Assembly (NCBI GenBank): GCA_045580505.1
Contig: JAZNNY010000037.1
Coordinates: 1-62,351, forward strand
DNA length: 62,351 nucleotides
Reading direction: 5' to 3'
Source of the DNA: Lentihominibacter sp.
Lineage (GTDB): Bacteria; Bacillota; Clostridia; Peptostreptococcales; Anaerovoracaceae
Shown: piece by piece, positions 49,601 to 55,790 of the stretch
How the letters are laid out: every line of letters starts with the position of its first letter
Position numbering within the stretch: position 1 is the stretch's first letter
Notes under the pieces: model-generated
Database searches by the model: none
What the model saw: only the letters and a program-made list of their open reading frames with translations
Told to the model about the DNA's origin: nothing
Made by a program: the position numbers and the translations under genes

Positions 49601-51657
49601 GATTTCAAAAGCAGTTTCCACAGCTGTACGCCCTCATATTCGTTGACGTACCAGTAGGTAGAGTTGGCCAGACTGTACTCGTCCCGATAGCCCATCCCGT
49701 TGTTGTCCGGTTTGCCATCGGCATCGTAGGCGACCATATCCTCCAGTTGCTTCACAGTATAGTTGACTTCCCGTCCGATTTTCTCACCGGTAACCGTCAG
49801 CACATAGTTTGAAATGTCGGCTGACTGGTACGGATCTTTATCGTGCTTGTATCCGGGAGTTTCCGCTTCGGCCACATAAATGTATGCCATGTTTCCAAAG
49901 GTCGTATATCCGGTATTGGTATCTCCCGTAATAGCGCTCTTGTTATAGACAAGCTTAATGCAGCCGTCCTCATTACCCAGCGTTTTGTCCGCTCCTTCGC
50001 CGTTGTCGAAGACAAACGGCCGGATGTTCGTTCCGTCCTTATAGGACGTTCCGTAGGCGACCATGATTGGCGTATCAGTCTTGCTCGCCTCCTTAACCTG
50101 GTTAATGGAAAATTCAGCGATGGTGTTTCGGTTCCTGTTCTTAATCTGGACCTTCGCCGCTTTATCCGTCATTTTGATTCCGTTGTCCCCGGAAGTCATT
50201 TTGGTTAGTATGTAATTCAGGTCAATCCCTTCGTATTTTCTCGTTGTATCGACCCCGCTCCTCTTATCGGTATACTCCGCTCTCTTCACCCCGGCATCTC
50301 TGCCTTCCAAATCGCGAACGGATACCGGCACGCTCTTCTCAACGCCGGGGCCCTCTACGGTCAGAGTCGCGCCTGTGATTGCATCGATGTTGTACGGCGC
50401 GCTTCCTCCCTGTCCGCCGTTGGTGATGTGCTTATAAGGGCTGCTTGAAAAGTCCTCTCCAGAGGCCTTCGTGACGGTAATCTTATTAACCATCTTAGCC
50501 GGCTTTCCGTTCTCATCGCTTCCGTAAAGAGAGAACACGCCCCACTTCGTCTTGTCCTTTTTAGCTGTCTCGTAAATGCCGGCCAGATCCCCCGAGCTCG
50601 TGCCCTTCTCGTAGCCCAGCATGTAGTCATTGTCGATGAGTTGCTTTACGGTATAGCCGCTCGCCGCCACTTCATAGCCGTCTGCAGATTCGAATGTAAC
50701 AACATCGCTGTCATCATATCCGGCCAGCAGCTCAGCCATCGGTACGCCGCGGACGTACTCTGTGATGTCTGTACCACTTGAATTAGTAAAGGTGTACGCC
50801 TTCTCTGCATACTTCATCAACAGGACATCAGCTCTGGTATATCCGGTGCTTCCTACCGTGAGGACCGGATCCGTTACCTTAAACTTGCTGTCCTTGCCAA
50901 TCGGATTTCCTACCTGAACGCGATTGACAGACTTACTTTTGCTCTTCCCGTTAAACAGCGGGTAATTTCGGTCATCCGGGCTACTGTATTGTCCAACCAT
51001 GAGCCGCAGATAATCCTGCTCAACCGTCGCGGCCGGCATTTGCGGCAGTCCCGCCGCCGGATCATTCTCATCGATTTCATCTGTTTCGAAGGCCCAGCTG
51101 ATCAGCGCAGGAACTTCCACTCCCTTTGCCGGGTCGAAACTGTCAAAATAGTATCTTGGCTCATTCAGGCCTGGTTTCGGCGTTTGGGCACTGTCATCCT
51201 CGACATCATAAGTCTGTCCTTTAACAAACGTGCTGCTGTAATTATCCGATGCCAGAATGGCGATCGGATCCGTGATGTCTGATACCGACATCTGGCTTCT
51301 CTGGAGCAACACATCCACCGGGATGCCATCCGCAATAGCATAGGCCATATGCCTGTTGCCGTTGCTTTCTGATTTCCTTGCGGAATATTTCACCCCGGAA
51401 AGGGCTCCTTCCATTGCCTTGAGTTCGTCCAAAGAATAGGACTTTTCTTTTGATACATTGTCGGCTGAATAGGCGCCGCCTATCAGGCCCGTACCGGTCA
51501 CAACTACAGCCGGACTCCCCTGTACATCAAATCCGCCGCTTGCAGCATAGGAAATATTCCTGCTGCCCAGAGGCATCATAGTGAACACGAGAGCGACCGC
51601 CAGTATTGCTACCAGCAGCCTCGCCGCCGCAGTCTTGCATGCACTCGCTGTATGCAT
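43621..51657 (-). CDS. Giant secreted protein (2678 aa): about 10 Moco-binding-like domains, beta-propeller, helical stalk, Lys-rich FN3-like tail
   Basis: Signal ..SYA; recurring LxVxG..(Y/F)(T/S)xxxL..YxG(V/I)xL..(A/T)xDGY..LAYG.NG.P..GGP(I/L)RL..VxxIxV; LWVGTYGGGL/VWFGSFGGL/LWFGTSADGV blades. Confidence 0.8.
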   Translation of the reverse strand: MHTASACKTAAARLLVAILAVALVFTMMPLGSRNISYAASGGFDVQGSPAVVVTGTGLIGGAYSADNVSKEKSYSLDELKAMEGALSGVKYSARKSESNGNRHMAYAIADGIPVDVLLQRSQMSVSDITDPIAILASDNYSSTFVKGQTYDVEDDSAQTPKPGLNEPRYYFDSFDPAKGVEVPALISWAFETDEIDENDPAAGLPQMPAATVEQDYLRLMVGQYSSPDDRNYPLFNGKSKSKSVNRVQVGNPIGKDSKFKVTDPVLTVGSTGYTRADVLLMKYAEKAYTFTNSSGTDITEYVRGVPMAELLAGYDDSDVVTFESADGYEVAASGYTVKQLIDNDYMLGYEKGTSSGDLAGIYETAKKDKTKWGVFSLYGSDENGKPAKMVNKITVTKASGEDFSSSPYKHITNGGQGGSAPYNIDAITGATLTVEGPGVEKSVPVSVRDLEGRDAGVKRAEYTDKRSGVDTTRKYEGIDLNYILTKMTSGDNGIKMTDKAAKVQIKNRNRNTIAEFSINQVKEASKTDTPIMVAYGTSYKDGTNIRPFVFDNGEGADKTLGNEDGCIKLVYNKSAITGDTNTGYTTFGNMAYIYVAEAETPGYKHDKDPYQSADISNYVLTVTGEKIGREVNYTVKQLEDMVAYDADGKPDNNGMGYRDEYSLANSTYWYVNEYEGVQLWKLLLKSGLPASFASDDETIVSSTATDGYAATDKFTTKQVADPDSFGFYEKNPADLNDGKYVGNENIRTNNDVSTGDKLRVGYPVLVAYGVNGYPYVEKDSQEGYLSGLQNDGGPLRIISGKIKYNHANGSNQAKLLDKVLVGEDKYHYSTHKYSDKDVYKNLADSKLSVKVLNGPDADAAVMKEKDYAVGDLEDLIYGGKLTATQLKKAKIKDFYGVSKNNIVYSDLYEGVDLQYFLTDVVEIPGYKGTITFSNGKNAISLNLEDVLKASGSNADTGKSGLKPVLAFGKNGSPMVASKEQADGYEDSVTLAAGTDYENTVTIKNSGGPLQLTFPTVEGNTEMSEKTITGINSITVNLSADKYAHTKAPYDAYKDNTINIFGEGTRLAEGKDFTVSELEGKQTIAFTGDYSILKDGATEATQTRYRGIDLYALLTSTAVGLKSNADKVIITTTDNEKKEFTLSEIRKKYKNTRTGDEDLPVILAYGAGKAGDEDKEDGLPLVAEESSEGYNADYGNNGGPIRLAVGQTEAGDVNSGKNMKMVKSIEVTASEITSWNHSVSEIYKQYLTENINLQVVDKQGKELLNKDYTVGDIEEQTSLIEQIKAKTTQMDTWEGINFWKFIKQETAGIEGIDDPITVDVTAADGFSKELRSIFGMDALQDGVKDGESYVPIILAYGVNGAPLVIGDKSHGNTEGYDATIGNNGGPIRLVTHNNQGASLTYVKKIKITVGEAGAAQDTAAFTIKGLEEDIQLSADDISKLENAAGDKIGQAEATFTHKKGTDKVKGIFLQALLAAKGVELENTKITLNATDGYENEEASYKDITLKDAAKQNYFVAYQIWNEETKAWENIEDVDKTEAKNISVIRIYRNYNEALGKDPTADWRNRCTNINGITLELPEVTKFKEYATSSVRSAVLDPDNTLWVGTYGGGLFYKDAGNRSFRVLNTKSDPALQTDFTSGAAADADGGIWVSQNASYTDPSGNQGVMYIKDGKVTHYKAEDNPATIADNYVQAIKVGTDGKVWFGSFGGLTIYDPQTDTWTTYNKENKDFPATSINTITLDDEGGAWLGFYPDGAGTEADPYTGGFCHIDKDGVVSEKTVVTGEMTKDGSTSKLAQAWVRSIAIDQRGTVWVVASGTNLQENEGGTIWKIKDGTGEPTKYTGDQVFGDYLDGKDTAEVRVVAVDKDGALWFGTSADGVLKVDNPKPNADGTFNVSAQYAKETGSWSSENRNNVYFLSFMNDGTAYVGSSGGLQVLGEEPASSKESVGGETVDSAALVVDGRGVKKNGYFSVKTLKNAEGVTKVDATYRWMNKSGTIGYNDFQGVCLDNLLKDVVEIENEVKYITVIASDGKEKQLDLDDIEEVDLDGNKPMIAWQSDEDPDNKKINPKLVIGQTDRETPNKGSWLSDVVEIRVDLPTALETEQYEAIEELKESADLTEYTAENKVTIKSAIKTAKASIKSAKTSAAISAVKTETLAEIDAVPKKETIGEKTDDTAFTVYGDGAVKNGYFTIKSLKNTEGIKDNNTVESYSWKDAEGQTGTTEFTGVTLKVLFSIIGMTKNARSFTVISTDNTEKKFDLSIIETADKDNYLPIIAWSSSENAKLPLQLVIGQSDAEDVNVENWVSDVKEIRIDLPTEVELAQDAAVEEIMTYADPADYDKPEQKELGAAIANASKAIYEADKLNKVEEALAAAKAVIDQIKTSEQKAQELAEAKTEAEKAVDTASRTAKDSLKDLEDKDAKKAAENKIDKIADAAKAKIDEIGKIENVAPITAEAVQSINDIASEVLEKAAEKALAEKRAQAIQAVMEYLEENKGKADIAAATKAALDAVVAITNSADADAIDTAVTQAKGSIDTLVEQKAAADEKAAADKKAADEKAAAKKKAAEAQAAYVAAVKAAKAKMMKIKGFKVKALKGKKAKLSWKKVKNADGYAIYRATKKNGKYKLIKTIPNAKRVKFTNRGLKAKKKYYYKIRPYKLVKNPAGKMVKVYGKYSAKKKIKAKK

Positions 51658-51692
51658 CTTTCATCCTCCTTCTGCTTGCTAAAAGATAATGA

Positions 51693-53303
51693 TTATTTGA
51701 CTTTTTTATATTTCACAGCACTGTAACTGCTATATACGATACGTCCGGGAATCTTCCGGAATGCCTTGATTTTATAGTAGTATGTCTTTTTCTTTTTAAG
51801 TTTTTTATTCTTCCAACTGACTGTTGACCCCTTGGAAATGGTCTTAACCAACTTGTAGCCGCTTTTCTTTTTAGTAGAACGGTAAATCCGGTACCCTGAG
51901 GCGCCTTTTACCCTGTTCCATCTTAGAGTTGCAGTCCTTTTCTTGAGAGTGATTTTTTTTAGAACCGGTTTTGCAAGCGTTGGCGGTGTTATAGTTAGCT
52001 GTAGATCTTTGACCGACACATTTCTGATTGTGTATGCTTCATTTTTTACAGTTATTTCAAAACTGCTCTGGTTGAGTCCCGCCCCATACTTCCCTGGATT
52101 CGTCGCGGTAATCACCGTCGGCTTCTTCAGAGCAACTTCAACCAGATCATTGTGGGTTGACGACCAACTAAATCCACTGACGGTATGAGGTTTTCCATCA
52201 TATACCGCAGTTCCTGTTCTTCCCGTTATCTTAAGGTCGATGGGATTCCTGACCTGATACCTGAATTCTGTCACCTCACTGTCGCGCTTCCCATCTCCAA
52301 TCACCTTTGCTTTGATTACGTACTCCCCGGCTTCCATCGGTTTCGGCCGGTTCATCTTCTCTATGTCAGAAAAATCGTCGTCCTGATGTCCGTTGTTGTT
52401 ATAGTTGTACTGCGTTGATGACAGCGTTGGTTCGGACCCATCTGTAGTATAGTAGATCCAATATCTGGAGCCCCTCTTCTGGTATTCGTTCACCCCTCTC
52501 CGGAAGGTAATCTCGTCTCCGGTAAAAATGATTCCTGCCTTGGGGCTGGTTTCTTCCAGCGCATTCCATTGCGGAGCCTGTCCACTGCGAATAATAATGC
52601 AACTTCTCCAGGATGTCTCTGCGATAGGGTCGCTGATTGTTCTGGGCGGGTCTTTCAGCATATTCTGAACCCACTCAGGTTTGTTCTGTTCGCTTGGCAC
52701 AATCTGTCCGCAGAGGAACCTTCCTCCCTTTTTCTCATTTGTAGTGATGACCGGCGGGACCTTCTCTCTGTCCTCGTATAGCGGACTGGTTTCCGGCACT
52801 GCCTCTCCATACCAGTTGATTTCAGCGATTGCCTTCGGATAGTAATATCTGTCACAGAAAAGCTGACCTTTAGTGAACACGGCACGGTATGGCTCATCTT
52901 CGGAGTGTTCCCTGATCTCGATTACCTGATCCTCTGCGATCTCCGCGACCGATTTCGGAAGTCCTTCCCCCGTATCCTTCAGCGAAATATCCAGTATCCC
53001 CTCCACTGTCGCGCCTTCAATCCCTGTGACCTCTTCATAAGAAGGATGCAGATTTGTGTTCAGTCCGGAATACTTATACTCCCTTGGAGTCCCATTATTT
53101 TCTGCCTCTGCCAGTGCCTCAATTTCTGCTTTTGTAAATGACTTTAGAAGTTGATCATCGTAGTACACATCCAGAGCCGGAATTTCCGCAGTCGGTTCTT
53201 CTGCAAAGGCAGGTCCCGCCTTCGCCTGGCTCACGCCGGCGACAAGCAACAGAGTCGCCATGACCAGTATCGTTATGAACGTGTGCGTTTTGACCTTTGT
53301 CAT
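51693..53303 (-). CDS. Secreted protein: divergent Moco-binding-like domain + chitobiase/Fn3-associated domain + Lys-rich FN3-like tail
   Basis: Signal ..AFA; FTKAEIEAL, EGATVEGIL, GRFLCGQ; YYTTDGSEPT; GGAGG before ATG 53303. Confidence 0.7.
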   Translation of the reverse strand: MTKVKTHTFITILVMATLLLVAGVSQAKAGPAFAEEPTAEIPALDVYYDDQLLKSFTKAEIEALAEAENNGTPREYKYSGLNTNLHPSYEEVTGIEGATVEGILDISLKDTGEGLPKSVAEIAEDQVIEIREHSEDEPYRAVFTKGQLFCDRYYYPKAIAEINWYGEAVPETSPLYEDREKVPPVITTNEKKGGRFLCGQIVPSEQNKPEWVQNMLKDPPRTISDPIAETSWRSCIIIRSGQAPQWNALEETSPKAGIIFTGDEITFRRGVNEYQKRGSRYWIYYTTDGSEPTLSSTQYNYNNNGHQDDDFSDIEKMNRPKPMEAGEYVIKAKVIGDGKRDSEVTEFRYQVRNPIDLKITGRTGTAVYDGKPHTVSGFSWSSTHNDLVEVALKKPTVITATNPGKYGAGLNQSSFEITVKNEAYTIRNVSVKDLQLTITPPTLAKPVLKKITLKKRTATLRWNRVKGASGYRIYRSTKKKSGYKLVKTISKGSTVSWKNKKLKKKKTYYYKIKAFRKIPGRIVYSSYSAVKYKKVK

Positions 53304-53357
53304 CTGCTTTCCTCCAAAATGAAAAAGCCCCACACCGAAAACAAGCGCAGCCCTATT

Positions 53358-53387
53358 GAAAAACCGGTTTCCGAAAGGAAACCGGCT
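53358..53387 (-). terminator. Leader terminator (riboswitch expression platform)
   Basis: GCCGGTTTCC-TTTC-GGAAACCGGT followed by TTTT, between aptamer and start codon. Confidence 0.75.
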
Positions 53388-53437
53388 CATCATCAAATCA
53401 TCACTTCGACGCCACGATCTGAGTCATGGCATCCGCT

Positions 53438-53545
53438 GCCGCTTTTCTTTCCAAGTGTGGGAGGCATGGCCGTTTCCCGCCATACCCTAAACGCCTGTAG
53501 GCCGTAGACCGCTGCTGATCCGTAGGCCGTCGAGGTCGAAAAGGC
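53438..53545 (-). ncRNA. Moco (molybdenum cofactor) riboswitch, P3-containing type
   Basis: P1 CUUUUC/GAAAAG; GGCCUA..CUACGGCC P3; AGGGUAUGGC-GGGAAACG-GCCAUGCCUCCC-N6-GGAAAG; promoter TTGTCA-N17-TATAAT at 53568-53596. Confidence 0.85.
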
Positions 53546-53597
53546 ATGTTATTCTGTTTGTTGTTTTATTATACAAAAATTTTGATGTTATGACAAC

Positions 53598-53640
53598 AAA
53601 AAAGCCTATACCCTGTTGCCGAAACAATGGTACAGGCTTG
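53598..53640 (-). terminator. Intrinsic terminator after the flavoprotein gene
   Basis: GCCTGTACC...GGTATAGGC followed by a T tract. Confidence 0.7.
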
Positions 53641-53674
53641 CGGTATTTTCTTCGGTGCAACTCCGCTGCGATCC

Positions 53675-55195
53675 TCATCTCTGCCTGGCGCCCCTGTGTG
53701 TAAACGGTGCCGCCGGTTTAAAGTCGACCTCATGATTTTCCTTCCAACGGAGAATGATCTGCCGTGCTTCTTCCTCGCCCGCGCCGCGCCGGTAGGCATC
53801 CATGAGTTCGGGCGCGAGTTCGGATGCGTTGATCAGCAGGATCCCGGCGATGATGCCGTCCTGCAGGGAGACCCGGATGTACCGTTCCCTCTGGTAGTCG
53901 AAGATCTCCACGTCGGCATGGCGGATGTAGACGCCGTCGGTTCCCGCGCCGGAGCTGTCGGCCATGGTGAAGACTTCGGTATCGAAGCCCGTGAAAACAT
54001 GTTCTGCAGTGACTGGGTGGTAGGCTCGTACTACCTCTCCCAGCGCCGCATTGGTTCCGGCCACCCTACCCATCTCCCGGGCTTCATCCCAGATGGCGTC
54101 ATTGCGCCCGTTCACGGCAGCGCAGTCTCCAGCCGCGTAGATGTCCGGATCGCTGGTCCGGCAGTATTCGTCTACAGCGATCCAGCGAGGGCCGCTGAAT
54201 GCGGGACAATTCTGGACCCCGGCTGCCGGGCAGCCCTGGCTATTCGATGCGGGGCAGCCTTGGCTATTCGATGCGGGACAGCCCTGGCCGCATGCTGCAT
54301 CACAGGATTCACCGGGTAGTATGTCTGTACTACCGACAAGTGCCGGGCCGGTGACCTCCAGGCTGGCGGCCTCTCCCAGCGCGGAATTCGGGGTGACTCC
54401 CGTCGACAGGATCACCAGGTCCGCAGGGATCGTAACCAGTTCGGCCGAAGCAGTGTCCGCCCCGGTTTTTCCCTCCGCGGCATCCTGCGCTGAGGTCTCC
54501 TGCAGGAAACTCACGTACCCGTCTCCGATCTCGGTCACGGTCGCGTTGACATAGACGGGAACGCCCAAGCGCTCGATCCGCTTTTTCATCAGGTTGCCTG
54601 CGGACTGGTCGATCTGGCCGAAGGCGACGCGCTGCTTTTGCTCGACGATTGCTACGTCCAGCTTTTCTTCGCGCAGAGCCCAGGCGTCCTCGAGGCCGAG
54701 CATGCCGCCGCCGATCACGACCGCATTCCGCGCTTGACGCATCGCCGCGCGGATCTTCTGCATATCCTCGCGGGTGCGCACCACGAAAACCTGGTCTCCG
54801 TCCGCGCCCGGGATAGGCGGGATCGTGACCTCAGCGCCGAGCGCGTAGATCAGTTTATCATAGGACTCCCTTTCGCAGCCGCTGCTTGCCGTACCTGCAC
54901 TGCCCCCTGCGCCGCCTGCCATGGCCAGCAGCACTTCCTTCTTCTCCCGGTCGATTGCCTCTGCCTGCACTCCGAGGCGAACTTCCACGCCGTGCTGGGC
55001 AGGCCAGGTCTGCTGCTGCTCAAAGAGCGCTGCCCCGGAGCCGTCCAGGGCGAACTCGCCGATCAGCATCGGCCGGTTAAAGCATAGCTCCTTCTCCGCG
55101 GAGATCATCAGAATCTCTGCGCCCGGTTCCGTCTCCCGGATCGCTTCCGCAGCGGCCATGCCTGCGATGCCGCTTCCCAAAATGATGTATTTCAT
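53675..55195 (-). CDS. FAD/NAD(P)-dependent oxidoreductase (NirB/rubredoxin reductase-like)
   Basis: GSGIAG, GGGMLGLE, TSDPDIYAAGDCA; contains a Cys-repeat insertion. Confidence 0.88.
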   Translation of the reverse strand: MKYIILGSGIAGMAAAEAIRETEPGAEILMISAEKELCFNRPMLIGEFALDGSGAALFEQQQTWPAQHGVEVRLGVQAEAIDREKKEVLLAMAGGAGGSAGTASSGCERESYDKLIYALGAEVTIPPIPGADGDQVFVVRTREDMQKIRAAMRQARNAVVIGGGMLGLEDAWALREEKLDVAIVEQKQRVAFGQIDQSAGNLMKKRIERLGVPVYVNATVTEIGDGYVSFLQETSAQDAAEGKTGADTASAELVTIPADLVILSTGVTPNSALGEAASLEVTGPALVGSTDILPGESCDAACGQGCPASNSQGCPASNSQGCPAAGVQNCPAFSGPRWIAVDEYCRTSDPDIYAAGDCAAVNGRNDAIWDEAREMGRVAGTNAALGEVVRAYHPVTAEHVFTGFDTEVFTMADSSGAGTDGVYIRHADVEIFDYQRERYIRVSLQDGIIAGILLINASELAPELMDAYRRGAGEEEARQIILRWKENHEVDFKPAAPFTHRGARQR

Positions 55196-55264
55196 AAACA
55201 AGTTGCTCCTTTTCGTAGTTACTGTTCCAGTTTAACAGATTCAAAGCCGCTTAGGAAGTTTTGA

Positions 55265-55294
55265 TTGACAAACCTGCGGGCCTGCCTTTAGAAT
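55265..55294 (+). promoter_or_regulatory. Promoter of the mop leader
   Basis: TTGACA-N18-TAGAAT; a second TTGACA-N18-TAAAAT with extended -10 lies at 55684-55713. Confidence 0.6.
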
Positions 55295-55314
55295 AAGACC
55301 AGAACAACTGAATA

Positions 55315-55400
55315 TCTCCGACCCTCATGCGACACCCGCTGCCGGTGAGGGCGATAGGGTAGGAAGAGCGATCCTCCTGCCTGCCATTGTGCGAAGGAGA
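55315..55400 (+). ncRNA. Variant Moco/Tuco-like riboswitch candidate upstream of the Mo aldehyde oxidoreductase
   Basis: UCUCCGA-CCCUCA..GACAC..UGCCGG-UGAGGG-CGAUAGGGUAGGA-AGAGCGAUCC-UCCUGCCUGCC-N5-GCGAAGGAGA; homologous to 37437-37527. Confidence 0.7.
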
Positions 55401-55427
55401 CTCCAGACAGCATCACATTGCTGGGAG

Positions 55428-55542
55428 GCCTGCCTGCGCACTTTTTTATTTAGAAGTCTTTTCGATTCTAAAAAAGATCATCTTTTTTAAGTTCGTTTTG
55501 CTTGCTTGATTTCAGATAAAAAAGTGCGCAGACAGGCTTTTT
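55428..55542 (+). terminator. Long inverted repeat with U tract in the mop leader
   Basis: GCCTGCCTGCGCACTTTTTTAT ... ATAAAAAAGTGCGCAGACAGGC-TTTTT. Confidence 0.6.
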
Positions 55543-55790
55543 AATTACTGAGTCTGCCTGATCCCGCAGCCTTAAAATCAGGCCCCTTGTTGCCCCGCAA
55601 ACATCGGGCTTTTCGTTTTTTTGTTTTCAACAACATAGTTGTCGCAACCCGGCAAGTCAGTCCCGTTTCGGACCTGCCTTTTCTTGACACTTGACAGCAA
55701 AAACTGATAAAATATTGTCAGAATTTTTTATTCTATTTCAAGCAAGCAAAACGTTACAGTCCACAAGTTAATAATCAAACGGAGGAAAAA

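Noticed and set aside
55700-55740. Rex operator upstream of mop (also looked near fdx and aor)
   Set aside because: Only a half-site-like TTGTCA; no adequate TTGT(G/T)AA-N4-TT(C/A)ACAA match.
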